Positions 51,152 through 64,000 of a stretch of DNA of 64,000 nucleotides are shown here, piece after piece. The stretch spans positions 27,738,307 through 27,802,306 of the forward strand of contig OZ316892.1 of the NCBI GenBank assembly GCA_973895155.1. Direction: 5' to 3'. A program made the translations under genes and the position numbers. Source of the stretch: Marsupella aquatica (Eukaryota; Plantae; Marchantiophyta). The number at the start of each line of letters is the position of its first letter. The first letter of the stretch is position 1. The notes beneath the pieces are model-generated. The model did no database searches. It was not told the DNA's origin and saw only the letters and a list, made by a program, of their open reading frames with translations.

Positions 51152-53334
51152 ATACTAAACGACATCCACTTACGGAAATACTCATTGGGATTACCATAGT
51201 AATGAAAGACATGATACATAATTTTTATGTACAATTAATCCGTATATCCTTTGTTTATTTGCGTAGTTACGGTGGTTTAATTCATGAGCTTAGTTTTTGA
51301 TTGCGTCTGAGTAATTGTCGGGTTTCTATGACCTGAAGTTAGTTTTTTGGAGTCAAACAATTTTAGTTTAGGCACACAAGATATCTATGAGGGCCTGTTT
51401 TGAGACTATACTACGGCAGATCTCCCCTATTCATTTCACCAACGGAACGTGATGAAGCAAGACAACTCCTGTCGACACATTGGGAAGGTGATGCTATGCT
51501 TGCCACAATTTTGCAATCTCAAAAATTGATATCTATATCCATACAAACATTGATAGATTTTCAAGCCTCTTAACTTGTACAAACTTCTAAAATTGCAAAA
51601 TTTTAGAGGGTCCACCTTCAAATATGGGAATATATGGTTAGGGATGGGATTCCATCCAATTTTTAGCTCAAAATTTTCATTTAAATAAAACCTCAATTGT
51701 ATTTATAAAAAAGTACCCCACAAAAAACAAAAATTGAAGAAAATATAGACTAAAGGAACATAATGAGGGGTAAATCTCTTCAGTGTGAATTCATTATTTA
51801 CATAATGACATTTTCTTTGCACACAACATATTTCACCATCGACATCTTTGGTGCAATGTCATCCTTTTGTGCAATTATAGTGTTTGCACATCATCTTTTT
51901 TGCAAACAAGATCTTTCACTTAATGACACCTTTGCACAACATCTTTTACTTAACAACATCTTTTGCAAAACATCTTTTATCAAACCATATTATTTCACAC
52001 AAGAGTGTCTTCTACTTAACTACATGTTTTGCCCATCCGCTCTCACAATGATAATCTAAATATCAAAATCTTTTGCTACTAGGGAAATTATGATCCATGG
52101 CTTTACTCTACAGAATAAGTCATGGATGATTAAACTTTGATCATGAATTATAGTACAGACAGATAAATCAACCAATTTAACACACCTCATGCAAAGTTGG
52201 GAGTGCTCTCCTCACTTCCACCCACATGAAACCTTCCTCTTACTGGATCTTTGTGTCAGGAGAAGCTGAGCCACACAGCCCTCATTTTTCTGCATGGAAG
52301 TCTCACACACCAGGCACCCTCATCTATGAACGCCCCCAACATAGCTTACTGTAGTGACAATTAGTTTCATGCACGCCATTTGAGTAAGTTATATTGTTAC
52401 ATTTCAAATTATAGCGCAGTGCCATAAAATAACTATTTAGATCTCATTTGTTCTTTGAAAACAATGTATGAACTGATATATCAGTGTTTTAATCAAAATC
52501 CTTTGTACTTCTTAAGATATGCTAATTTCGTTGTTTGCAGTTTTACAAACATCGCCTAAATTTTTGTCGCTAGCGTATTCTCTGTTGCCTCTCCTTTCGA
52601 ATCCCGCGAGATTTTGAATTTCCATTCGTTGCTGTCCCACGCTTTGAAAATTCCAAGTGCGGCTGTCGATGTCCGCCGTCCAAACGCTGGATCAACGGCT
52701 AGAATTCGAGCGATTCCAAAATCCTTTTGCCGATCTCGTCCCTCTATTTCCTTCTGCCACGTTTCGACAGTGATCGTCTACGAAACATGGTAATATCAGG
52801 GTTTAGCGTAACTGAGCGCCGCCGGTCTCCCGCCAGACCTGTACTGCAATTCAAGAAATACGACTATACGAGTATATCACGAAATAACGAGCGAATTGTG
52901 AATCCCGACAAATCGGGTACGTCAGTCGATATATTCAACGGTTAGGATTTTCCTGTATTTTCAATATGCTAAACAAATCAATATGCGAGAACGTATTCCA
53001 ATAAACGCAGCGTACAAAGACGTATGGTAGTAATCGATCTCAACGGTTGAGAAATATTACCGACGGCGCGGATGCGTTTCAAGTTCCCGCAATTGGACTG
53101 TTGAATTGGTACGTTCTGTGAATACGTACGTGAGCGGGATTCAAATGTTTTGACTGAATAGATAGAAATGTATGTACAGCAATTGACGACTGAGCTCCCT
53201 CTCGCTCTTTCTCTCTCGTGTGATGAATTTGCAGTCAGGAGGGAAATTTTCTGGACTGGCGAAGTGTATTTTTCTGAGCTGGGTCGCGTGATCGCTTTGG
53301 AGCGAGTACTTTTGAGGTCTGATCTCGAGGTTTG

Positions 53335-53865
53335 TGCATTTCTAGACAGTCAGTCAATCTAGCTAGTCAGTCGTGAAAAGGTCTCTTGAGTGGACTCCGA
53401 AGTGGTTTGGATGCTGGATCGCTTCGCATCGGTCTCAATTCAGTGGTTGTGGTCTCGCCTCTCTCATCTCAGGGATTGTTCCTTTGTTTGTGGATCGCTA
53501 GACACTGTCAGTCAATCTAGCTCTCTCGCTCGTGTGTTGAATTTGCAGTCAGTCGAGAAATGTTCTCTTAGAGTGGACTCCGACTCCGAAGTGGTTTGGG
53601 TGCCGGATCGCTTCGCATCGTTCTCGATTCAGTGGTTGTGGGGTCTGATCGCCTCTCTCATCTCAGGGATTGTTCCTTTGTTTGTGGATCTTTAGACACT
53701 GTCTGTCAATCTAGCTCTTTCGCTCGTGTGTTGAATTTGCAGTCAGTCGAGAAAAGTTCTCTGGGTGGACTCGGATTGAAGTGGTTTGGGAGCTGGATCG
53801 CTTCGCGTCGTTCTCTATTCAGTGTTTGTGGTCTGATCGTCTCTCTCATTTCAGGGATTGTTACT
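53335..53865. repeat. ~175-bp tandem repeat (3 copies), probably in the 5' leader of the nucleotidyltransferase gene
   Basis: tagaca...gtcaatctagct...gtggactc...gaagtggtttgg...ggatcgcttcgc...ctctctcatctcagggattgtt occurs three times. Confidence 0.9.
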
Positions 53866-54983
53866 TTGTTGGTTGGTCTCGGAAGGGAAGGCCAAAGAAT
53901 TTTCGGCTGGGTGGTGTTGTTCTCGAGAGTTGTTGAGATTTTCGGCTGGGGCCCTTCGGTTTCTTTGAAGATCTTCCATCACTGGGTTTGCTGCGGACGG
54001 GGCTGCGGAGGTAGATTGTACTCTGGCGCTTCGAAATCAGTTGCTGAATGAGGTTTCTGTTGGAGTCAGCATCCCCAACTGCTGCTTAGAGCTCTGCTCA
54101 ATTGATGGTTTTCCTGGCCTAGGAATATATCGCGGAGGACACAGGTAGCTCAGGTATCTTCAACTTGGAACAGAGCATTCCGGATTCCTTCCTCCGCCCG
54201 TCACTGGTTTAACTGTGCTACGTCCGAGGATTAACGCTTGAAAGCACTTCTTACTGAGTTGCCACTACCTGTCCAGAGAGTGACAACCTCAAAGACGATA
54301 GATTAATAAGTTGTTTATAGTATCGAATAATATCAATATAAACTTTGCATTCGGATTTGTGCAATGCCGTCTGATTTCTGAGATGTTATCAATCGATTTC
54401 TATCAATGGCGTTAATGGTTCTCAAATTTCTCTCTATGGCTTGTTCCTGTCAACTTATTCTCAAGTTCTCTCTGTGGTCGATGACGTTTTTCTGGATGGT
54501 CCTCGAATTTCTATCAAAGGTGGTTGTGTGCTACAATTCATTCCTGCCACTCTATTCTTACATCTCCTCTTGAATCTTCGCTTTTGCCAGGATACTCATG
54601 TGGTTGTGATCATGCACCCGCGTCGATGACTTCTTCGAGTCCCCTTCAGGCTTGGTAGTTCAGACGATAAGAGTTGCGTTGAGTTGCATTTAGTGGCAGC
54701 ACCATGACCGAGTGATCGAGGATGGTGATTTGACGATGTGACCGTAAGGCGGAGAAATATGCGGCGGGCCCGCCTGATTCTCATCACACGTTCTGGACAA
54801 AGAAACTGATTTCTCAAAGAGAGGACCCAGTCAGCTGCATTGTCAGGACGAGGAGGTTTGACCACATTTGATAGAGTTGAGATCTCCATTTTGACTTCTG
54901 CAAACGCTCAGCGCCAGTTGGTGGACACTATTATCACACGAGCTTTGTTCTGGGTATGTCTGGTAGCAGCTTGTACGTCATCC

Positions 54984-56429
54984 ATGGACGAAAGTCGTAA
55001 GGACCTTAGCGAAGGAGCCAAGTACAACTTCACATCTCAACAGCGATCATCAGTTGCGGCCGCTTGGAAGGGTCCCCGCCAACAGAACCGAAAGCCAGAC
55101 CCAAACCCAAACCCAGCTCATTGTAACCACCGTGAATCAGTCATGGGTTCACAAGTTGGCGATCGTGACCAGTTAGTACGATACCCTCCAGCATACTCGA
55201 TTTCCAATCTGGAAGGCAGACAAGCTGGAATCACCATGAACGAATGGTGGAGCGATGATAAGATAGAACTCACCCGGCAGGGACTTCTAGGATCAGTAAA
55301 TGGAGGAGAACATTGTTCTGGGGATGACAGGATTGAAGTTTGGTGCAGACAGAATCGTCTGAATTCCGCAAATGGAGGAGAGCATTTCGTCGAAGTAGGA
55401 GTCGAGAGGAAGCTGGCTCGGAACCTGCCAGCTGCACGTGGTAGTATCATGGAAGCTGGATTGGCTTGTACAACAATGAAGGAATGGTGGAGTAGCCTTT
55501 CGGAATGTATGGGCAACAAACGGTCCGTGCTGCACACAGAAATTCTCAACTTCTGTAAAGCCAACGAGATCACTCCGGAGCAGACCCGTGCCAGGAGAAC
55601 TGCCCAGGGTTTCCTAGAATTTACGGTGCTGCAAATCTGGCCCAACGCTGAAGTCCATTTGTATGGCTCTACAGCCATGGGTTTGGCCTTACCCACCAGC
55701 GACATTGACATCGTGGTTGTCATGCAGCCAGCAACCCAGAAGGGGGCATTGAGAAGGCCATTTCCGGATACAGGGCCTTATGTGTCGGAGCTATACAGCA
55801 AACTGCTCAGAATGGACCCTGAGATGTTCCATTCCTTGACGCAGATTCCGCACGCCAAAGTGCCCATTCTGAAGGCTGTATTCAGAACCGGGCTTGCATG
55901 TGACATTTCATTTGATTGGCAGGAAAACCGGCCTGGCCAAGGAGTCCACATTGTGAGGCATTACCTGAAACAATACAAGGCTTTGAAGCCCCTAATTTTG
56001 GTACTAAAGAGCTTTCTGAAGAAACACAAATTGAACGAGGTTTTCACTGGGGGCATTGGCAGTTTCTGCCTTACCATTATGGTGATGAATTTGCTTCAAA
56101 ACGTGGGAAGTGAAGCAGGTGCTGCCTCCCAAGATCTTGGGGCTCTACTGGTGTCCTTCTTCATGTATTACAGCTGTATGCACAACTACGTCACAGATGT
56201 AGTCAGCACAAGGAAGTCCGTTTCCAAGCAGGTTCGGGGCTGGGTGAACTGGAGTGATCCTGAACGCCTGGCTGTCGAGAATCCTCTAGACCCGAGTTCA
56301 GATATTGGGTCAGGGTCTTACAACATTCATGATGTTCGTGTTAAGTTCTCACAGGCAAGGAGACTGTTGCTCCGTCACTGGGATGAGGAGAAGCTACTGG
56401 ACCGGATTTTCAAGCCATGCATTACTTAA
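54984..56429 (+). CDS. Trf4/PAPD5-like non-canonical poly(A) polymerase / terminal nucleotidyltransferase, single coding exon
   Basis: LHTEILNF, YGSTAMGLALPTSDIDIVV (GS + DxD), AKVPILK, CDISF, LNEVFTGGIGSF, LAVENPLDPSSDIGSGSY; first ATG at 54984. Confidence 0.92.
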   Translation: MDESRKDLSEGAKYNFTSQQRSSVAAAWKGPRQQNRKPDPNPNPAHCNHRESVMGSQVGDRDQLVRYPPAYSISNLEGRQAGITMNEWWSDDKIELTRQGLLGSVNGGEHCSGDDRIEVWCRQNRLNSANGGEHFVEVGVERKLARNLPAARGSIMEAGLACTTMKEWWSSLSECMGNKRSVLHTEILNFCKANEITPEQTRARRTAQGFLEFTVLQIWPNAEVHLYGSTAMGLALPTSDIDIVVVMQPATQKGALRRPFPDTGPYVSELYSKLLRMDPEMFHSLTQIPHAKVPILKAVFRTGLACDISFDWQENRPGQGVHIVRHYLKQYKALKPLILVLKSFLKKHKLNEVFTGGIGSFCLTIMVMNLLQNVGSEAGAASQDLGALLVSFFMYYSCMHNYVTDVVSTRKSVSKQVRGWVNWSDPERLAVENPLDPSSDIGSGSYNIHDVRVKFSQARRLLLRHWDEEKLLDRIFKPCIT

Positions 56430-58948
56430 GCCAACTGAGAATCATCTTCGGCTGGACCCGAAAGACTATTCTACCACTCCACCAGGAGTTTTCACTTAAA
56501 TGTACAGCAGACGAGATCTACCCTCCGGTTAAGTTTTGTGTCTTATATTTCATCAACTACAGGAGTCAAGATATACTCGCGTGAAAGGGTCTGAGTACTG
56601 GACATATCCTGTGAGAGAAGTATCTCATTTGAAGGAGACCCACTTTTCGTAAACTTTCGCTGATTGTATGGATGCATCAATAGTGCTTGCGGGCTTAAAA
56701 CTACCAAAAAAAAGGATGCATCAGTAGCCAGTTAGAATAGAGGAGAAACAATGCAGCAGACAGTTGCCGTTCTTTGCAATTCCGTCTTTCGGGACGCTGT
56801 CCGGATTCTGCTCAGTGTAAAGCATATTGTCACGGGTGAGCAAGTCTTTGATCAGGAGAAGGTGGTGAAAAGAATTCCGGAGCACTCTGGAGGGAACTTT
56901 TGGTGTAAACCAACTCCAGCATATTGTATATCTTGCCATGGAGGTGCTCTCAAGATAGAGAGGTGGTATATAATTCTTTGTAGATAGATATGGACACATT
57001 GTCCAGCAGGTGTGGCGGATCCTCGTTTCTATGAGTCTGCTAAACAATTGGTAAGGTTGGAGGAGAAGACAGGTATGACTTTCCTCAAAGTTTTCGCTCA
57101 AGCTTAGCGTGAACAAGATCCCCAATCGTGGACATTCACAGAGCTGACACTCTGTCTGGAGTACGATATATATGAGCAGGATATTTGTTATACTTTCGCA
57201 GTCCAAATTTCGGATGGTGTGAATCCTTTGCGACTGGCAATAGCAGGCATCGTACATGGCTTCTCAAGGTGATTGGTCTCTATACTCACGGAGATTGGAG
57301 GTATGGCGTTACAGGTGATGCGGGGCAACTTTTCACAGCAATATGGGCAGTATACTGGGTACCAGATTTTGGCATTTCGTCGGCGGAGTAGATGATTCAC
57401 TGAAGCAAAATATTTTTTGTTGATCTTCAAGATTTGAAAGAGGCTGACTAGAGTTGCTGCATCGATTATTTCTTGAGGAAGATCCTTCACAACATTGAAA
57501 CTGTTGGCTGTACTGGTGTTAGCTGGCATACGTGTAAGCCACTTCTCTATCATATTTGAAGACTTTGATGTGCGCGTGGTCTCTGAGTCACTTTAAATTT
57601 GGTTTGTAATTGGTCATTCCGTAGGCTTAAAAAGTGAAGATGTCAGCTGTGTTGGATATTTGTATTGTATCTTGTATTTCTTCCTTAGCAGAGGTGAGAA
57701 TTCTTCTTTAGATTGTTTTATCTTGGCAGGAATTCAGGACGACTTATGGAAAGGAAAAAATCTTCAGTCAGTCGGGCACAGAACTGGTTGATGATAGAAT
57801 TTGCGAAACAGGAGATAATCTCATTTGTTCTTTTGGCAGAAGAGGAGTTCCTCTCACGGTGTGGCCGACTAGCAGTCCATGGAAAGATTCCTAATGTTCA
57901 GCTAGCTCTGATGCATTCTATTCCCACTACTTCCAACAGAAGCTACCTTGTTAGAATCCTCCATGTTTAGATCTTTGATTCAGTTCTGGACTGGTTTACT
58001 CGATTAAGAAAGGCCTATAAGTTGTTGTACTGACTGTTTTCGTGACGTGGGTAATTTTTGCAGTTTACGCTGTGACATCCGAAGTTTGCCATCAATTGTG
58101 CAATGTCCATGTACTTCTAGAAACTTCTCCCATCCCATGCTTGTGAATCCATATCATCACGTCCCGTTGCAGATTCGGCAACCTGAAAACACTTTCAGAA
58201 GACCAATTTGTTACATTCGCTTTTCAAGGTGCAACTGTTTCCCACTTCAAAAGCATGTTCATGAACACAACACAAGAGGCTCCAGAGAAATATATTTTTT
58301 GCTTCTTTCTTCGCCTATGTGCATGGACTTATGTTCGGATTAGAGCTTAGAATTGATAAAGCTCAGCCATCAGGCCAGATACAAGTCCATTTTAGAACTT
58401 ACAGTGGTTCGGGTTCGGGTGCTCTGAGTTTCTGGTAGACTGCAGCTTTGAGAAAATCATTGGTCTTTCAATAAAAAGCGAAGAAATTGTAACATTTTGC
58501 ACCTTCCTTCAGCAGGAAGCAGCATGACACCATGTGAATCTGTCTCTCCTCCCCTTCTGGTGAACTCGCATATTCTTGCTCTCCCAGTGTGTTGGAAGCA
58601 TTTTTAGAAGTGTGAATGTCTTTCTTAGAGAAGAATGCAGCTCTCTGCAACCATGACTAAATCCATGATGCAATTCATCAAAGAGGTCTTGGACCATCTT
58701 GTGCCATCCAAGACCCAAGATGACCCAAGCCTTTGCTTGTCATATTGTGGGGTCCCAAATGTAGCAGTAGTATTTTCTCAAGGAAAACTGGGGTGTGGGA
58801 CAAACAGGCAGGGTTAACCATCAGGTGAGGAAGAAGCTTGTGACTCGAGTCTATCCTACCTGCATTTTTCAATGCAATGTTGACCAGGTTTGGCAGGACC
58901 AATCATGCCTTGTCTCATGGCAAAAAACCAATCATGAGGGACCTCAAG

Positions 58949-59735
58949 TTAGGTATAGCGGTTTAGTTAATCCCATATACAATATGGAGATCAAGGAAGC
59001 AATTAAAATAGTTTTGAGGACCAGGCAAAATTTGGATCAGTTTTGGGGGAAAATGAAATTAGGATGGAGCACCATGTTGGACAGGTGGTCCATGGGAGTT
59101 TGGTGCCCATAACTTCATAAGTATAGTCCTAAAATTATTGGCTGACATTCAGTTCAGCTTTGTGGTGGGGGCCCCAAAATGCCTCCAAATCTGTTTTTAG
59201 GGCATAAGATTATGCGCATATGATTCTGCAAAATACAGTGTACAATACTAAAGAGAGTGCATTTGCAATAGTGCAGTTTTTCTGACTAAACTTCTCTGGT
59301 CAGGGGCCTGGTTTTTAATCTTGCACCTTCAAGGCAACTAAAGAAGGAGTTTAGGTATAGCGGTTTAGTTAATCCCATACACAATATGGAGATCAAGGAA
59401 GCAATTAAAATAGTTTTGAGGACCAGGCAAAATTTAGATCAGTTTTGGGGGAAAATGAAGCCAGGATGGAGCACCATGTTGGACAGGTGGTCCATGGGAG
59501 TTTGGTGCCCATGACTTCATAAGTATAGTCCTAAAATTATTGGCTGACATTCAGTTCAGCTTTGTGGTGGGGGCCCCAAATGCCTCCAAATCTGTTTTTA
59601 GCGTATGATTCTGAAAAATATAGTGTACAATACTAAAGAGAAGGCATGTGCAATAGTGCAGCTTTTCTGACCAAACTTCTCTGGTCAGGGGCCTGGTTTT
59701 TACTCTTGCACCTTCAAGGCAACTAGAGAAGGAGG
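58949..59735. repeat. ~402-bp tandem duplication
   Basis: ttaggtatagcggtttagttaatccc starts at 58949 and 59351; units highly similar. Confidence 0.93.
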
Positions 59736-60073
59736 AGAACGAGAACACAAACCCAAATATTTCATACTAACACAATGAAATTAAATCTAAATGAATTTAC
59801 CCTTCTACAACATGTGATGAAAACCAAATGACCTAAAATTCATTGGCACTTTGATGGGAGTGTAGCTTACCTTTCCTCTTGCATATCCCCAAAACAAAAT
59901 TATGTAATATTCAAATGTTTGATTTTATGAACATCAAGTTATTCAAATTAAACTAAAATTTTGGGAAATGTGGCCCAGAGGGGTTTCAAAGACCAATCTA
60001 ATGGTCCATGTGGGCAACACCTTGGAACACAAAGGTTTTAGTGAATTGGTCATTTTTCTCTTTTGTTGGGGCT

Positions 60074-60418
60074 TGTTAGTATTTACTCTTAGGTCTAGAG
60101 TTACAAATGTACCACAATTAGGGCTAGCCTTAGTCGCAGACTAGGTTAGGTTATTCATGTCGTGCACACACTATACCCAAACGGTGTTTGCTTGGAGAGT
60201 AGGAGCTTAGGTTCATTATTACGGAGTCAGTTGAGAGATAAGGAGAACTTGTGTTATGGATGCTTGGTATGGCCATTTGGCCTAGAGTTCAATAAAGCTC
60301 TTGTGTGTTCCCAAGGACGTAGCCTCATGAGGAGGTGAACCACATATCTCTCTGTGTTGACTTTTGTGTGTTGGATGGTTCATGTGCTTGCCGTTGCAAT
60401 TGTTGTCTATACTCAATA
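60074..60418 (+). mobile_element. Solo LTR related to the Copia LTRs, opposite orientation
   Basis: 345 bp; right part is a diverged reverse complement of the 27416 LTR (aaagctcttgtgtgttccc, ggaggtgaaccac, ttggatggttcatg); TSD GGGCT at 60069-60073 and 60419-60423. Confidence 0.88.
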
Positions 60419-60534
60419 GGGCTGAGGTTTAGGGTACACTACAATCATAAAACAAGAGAATCAGCAACATGAGTTATGATTTCGGCCATCTCTGGTTGAG
60501 TTCATCACAGATTGTAGAGGGTAATTCCCAGTAG

Positions 60535-60735
60535 ATTAATTTTCATTGTGTTAATATGAAATATTTTTGGGTTGTATTTTCTTACATCTCCTCCTCCTCT
60601 ACATTAATTTTCATTGTGTTAATATGAAATATTTTTGGGTTGTATTTTCTTACATCTCCTCCTCCTCTACATTAATTTTCATTGTGTTAATATATATGAT
60701 ATAATTGGGGTTGTCTTTCCTTACATCTCTTCCTC
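60535..60735. repeat. 68-bp AT-rich tandem repeat (3 copies)
   Basis: ttaattttcattgtgttaatatgaaatatttttgggttgtattttcttacatctcctcctcctctaca. Confidence 0.9.
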
Positions 60736-61289
60736 TAGGTACCTTACGGATACAAAAGTAAGTATCAATTTTGGACTCCTAAGGGCATATGTTGAGTTAT
60801 CATGGTCCTAGCCCGTTGATTCCTCTCACGTGTAATTTTGAATGTTTCATTACAAGCTCTATTGTCTCTGTGCAAAGCTCTATGTGCAAAGTTGAGCAGT
60901 AGAGATAGTACAAAAGCCCCGACAAGATCAATGTGGGCCAAACACAGAACCTGAAAGTAAGGTTTCCTTTACGAGTATATGGTCTCCCATGTTCCTGCCC
61001 ACACACACAGGTCGGCATAGGGTCACCTTGTAACTCTTAGAGTAGACTCTACCCCCTTCATTGTAATTCCTGTCAGGAAGAAAAGTTACCTATGTGTAAC
61101 CTTTTCTACTAGGTGCTACCATTTCCACAACCCTGTGCCCGGAAATTCTTACCGGGTAATCTTTTTTCCGGACAGGTATTACGTATGATAAAGACTCTTT
61201 GGGTTCGGGTTCTAGCGTGTAACCCTGTTCCCACAAAGCTCAGAAAAGTTTCCCAGTTGCCGCTGGTCAGCATTTACTCACTTTCCAGT

Positions 61290-61882
61290 CACAGGGTTAT
61301 AGGCTAGTAACCAAATTTTTTTACTTTCTGGTCATAGGGTTATAGGTTAGTAACCCCAGACCAAACCGTCATTACCCTATACCTATACCTTATGGGCCCC
61401 TAACCCATTTCTTCATTTTCTGGTCATAAAGGCCAGTAATTCCATGTCATTTATTTTGCATCAATTTAACATTTAAGGAGATTTTGTGTCTTGTTATTGA
61501 GGACCTTGTGTAAAAATAATACGTCGTCTGGGAGCTTTACCGGGTTTGACTGGTAAAACACTCAAACCAAAACCCCACACCAAACCATCATTACCCTATA
61601 CCTATACCTTATGGGACCTTAACCCATTTCCTCATTTTCTGGTCATACGGTTATAGGCTAGTAAGGCTAGTAAGCCCATTTGTTACTTTCTGGTCAGAGG
61701 GCTATAGGCTAGTAAGCCCCCACCAAATCATTACCCTATACCTTATGGGCCCCTAACCCATTTACTCCCTTTCTGGTCATAGGGCCCCTAACCCATTCAC
61801 TCCCGTTCTGGGTCATAGGGTTATAGGCTAGTAACCGAGAGCAAACCATCATTACCCGAAACCTATACCTTATGGGCCCCAA
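61290..61882. repeat. Compound repeat array upstream of RPL27
   Basis: Interleaved tctggtcatagggttataggctagtaa and cattaccctatacctataccttatgggcccctaaccca units; probably transposon-derived. Confidence 0.75.
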
Positions 61883-62082
61883 ACTCACATCATGGCTTCA
61901 GTCTCTGGAAAAGAAAGGTTTTCGTAAATTGGTCCTTTGTCTCGTGTGAATGGGCTGAGGTTTAGCGTACACTAGAGGACTGGCACGAGAATTGGCCGAG
62001 CTTTGCATTCGGTCCAGCAAAGCAAAGCAGAGCAGGGCAGGAGTTGGGGGTCATTGCGTTGGAGCACTTGTTGTTGCTGGAG

Positions 62083-63163
62083 ATGGCCGCAATTTCAGCT
62101 AGAATCGTCCGTGCTGCTCTCGGATCCGTCTGCCGTTCTTCAATCGTACCCAGTTCAGGTGGGTTTCCGGTTCTCGTATCTACTGGAGGAGAAGTGGGCA
62201 TTCAAGAGAAGCTTTTCTGTCGTCCGCGTGACAATAATTCTGCATCTAGAATGTATGGCGTTGTCATCTGTTGGAGTCTAGGGTTTTTCGAATCTCAAGA
62301 TATTTTGTGTTGGGCCGTCCCGTGTATCATATAAATTGGTTCTCCGAGTGTTTGTTGTAAGAATGTGAACAATATCCTTGGTATAGAAACTATGACACGC
62401 CTTGGAAGCTTGAGAGGTGAAGTGGTGTCTATTTCTCTCGAGATTGTGGTGGGAGATGTCCACGTAGAAAGAGGACTGCTTCACTTGAGAGTTGACGATC
62501 TAAAAGCCAATGGGTGCATAGCATGTTCATTTAGAGCCCTCACTCGCTCGGGAATCTAAAGTTCGAGATTTTTGTGAATTAGAATTTGTTTCGGATGATG
62601 ACTGATTTTGATGGTGGTGACGAGGGATCAGATGCCGGCGCTGGAGTAGCAGGAGCAGGGGGCTGGTCCTTGCTGCTGAGGAGATGGGCCACCAAGAAAG
62701 CTGGAGGATCTTCTCAAAATGGCCGAGATTCACTGCCAAAGAATTTGGGTGTGAAGAAGTTCGGAGGTCAGGTAGGTTTCGTAATCCCGCTGTGCCTTCT
62801 GTTTTTGTAGAAAGATGAATCGTGGGATTCCGCGGTTAGTCCGTAGAGTTGTGTGTAATGAAGGGCCTCATAAACAAGTGATGACTACGATTGCTGCAGA
62901 AAGTAATTCCTGGAAACATCGTGGTTCGTCAGCGAGGCACCAGGTTTCACCCCGGAAACTTCATGGGGATGGGGCGAGATCACACATTGTTCGCTCTTGT
63001 AGCAGGGCATGTGCGGTTTGAGAAAAATCCTCGTACGAAACGAAAGTGGGTTCATGTGGATCCAGAAGGCGGCGTTCCTGTTCATCCACTCTTTCAAACT
63101 TCCAAGCCTGACCCTACCGACAGTGCTGCAACCACAGAAAACATTGCACTATCGCTGTCTTAG
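62083..63163 (+). CDS. RPL27: Mitochondrial-type ribosomal protein bL27; exons 62083-62158, ~62632-62771, 62900-63163 (~159 aa)
   Basis: [31 protein letters not shown]|[19 protein letters not shown]...RDHTLFAL...RKWVHVDP...VHP; Arg-containing presequence-like exon 1; exon-2 acceptor inferred from phase. Confidence 0.9.
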
Positions 63164-64000
63164 AGCAATTCCAGGAGGATTGTAGGAACTTAATTTATCA
63201 AGACACCAATTTTGGAAGATTGCCTTCTTCTCCACAGAGCCGAAATTGTCAAACCGAATCCCCCTAGGGTTTTTAGCTATTGGTGACATCATTCATAGCA
63301 GATTGTCTTCAGCTCTATAGGACCTCAATAGTTGCAGTCACGAAATACCATCAAGGTGGGAGAGGTTTCAGCAATTGGTGACAGGAGTTTGGCAGGCAGA
63401 TTGCCTTCAGCTTTTTAGGACCTCAATCGCTGCAGCAAACAGTTTGGTCAAGGTTCTAGAGCGTTTAGCTATTTGGGATAATTTGTAGCAGATTCTCCTT
63501 AGGATATCATTTGGGGAACTGTCGTAGTGATATTCCTTGTGCCGTTACGTGGGGCTGTCGAAATTTTAGCTCTTGCTGATACCTTTCTTAACGGATGGTC
63601 TTCAGCTGGACAACCTGAAATGCCCTTCAGCGGTAGAGTTTTAGAAGTTTGAGTCGCTTGTCTCCTTGATGAGACTCACTGGCACAAAATTGTAATGGCT
63701 TGATTGAAATCATATGCAAAGTTTGATGTCCACCTCCCGACCAAGCGCCCATCCAAAAAAAGCACAAGCATGTGAGGTGTTTTAGAGTAAATGTCTCACC
63801 ACAACACCGACTAAACCGAAGCTCGCATCCTTGTGCCTTTTTTGGGGGGTGCTTGGTTGAAAGTGGGGACAATACATCTTGCAGGTTGAGAAATATATAT
63901 GCAGCAATTATATCTCTCTTGATTTGTGTTGCTCCTCCTCGTTAGCAAGTGAGGCTTGTTAGCAACGAATTGTACTGCTTTCGGTTATTTTCTTCAAGCT

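Noticed and set aside
51780-52060. acaacatcttt-type repeats similar to the Helitron minisatellite
   Set aside because: Probably a decayed remnant; no termini found, so not called as an element
56700-57560. ORFs and splice-like sites downstream of the nucleotidyltransferase (vague membrane-protein resemblance)
   Set aside because: No consistent spliced frame or recognisable motif

Overview
Eukaryotic, intron-containing land-plant DNA (gene structure and organelle-targeted ribosomal proteins suggest a bryophyte such as a liverwort; inference). All exon models and counts were read by eye. Left to right: a decayed NSF fragment; two tandem copies of a head-to-head pair of paralogous WWE/PARP-like ADP-ribosyltransferase (ART) genes, one partner apparently catalytic and the other a tandem-WWE pseudo-enzyme; a 10-exon Core-2/I-branching (BC10-like) glycosyltransferase; and a nested transposon island. 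The island holds two non-autonomous Helitrons, a MITE, and an internally deleted Copia element with intact LTRs/PBS/PPT/TSD. Inside the Copia sits a 13-kb TIR DNA transposon with CACAGTG ends. It encodes a DDE-like transposase, an F-box-like ORF, a ParB-like domain, a prokaryote-type amino-DNA-methyltransferase and a Ulp1-like protease, and carries about 28 copies of one palindrome arrayed at ~90-bp spacing. Further right are plastid uL29, an intronless Trf4/PAPD5-like nucleotidyltransferase, a solo LTR and mitochondrial bL27, whose first exon and intron are homologous to those of the uL29 gene. The best candidates for undescribed systems are the ParB-MTase/palindrome transposon and the paired ART/pseudo-ART cassette.
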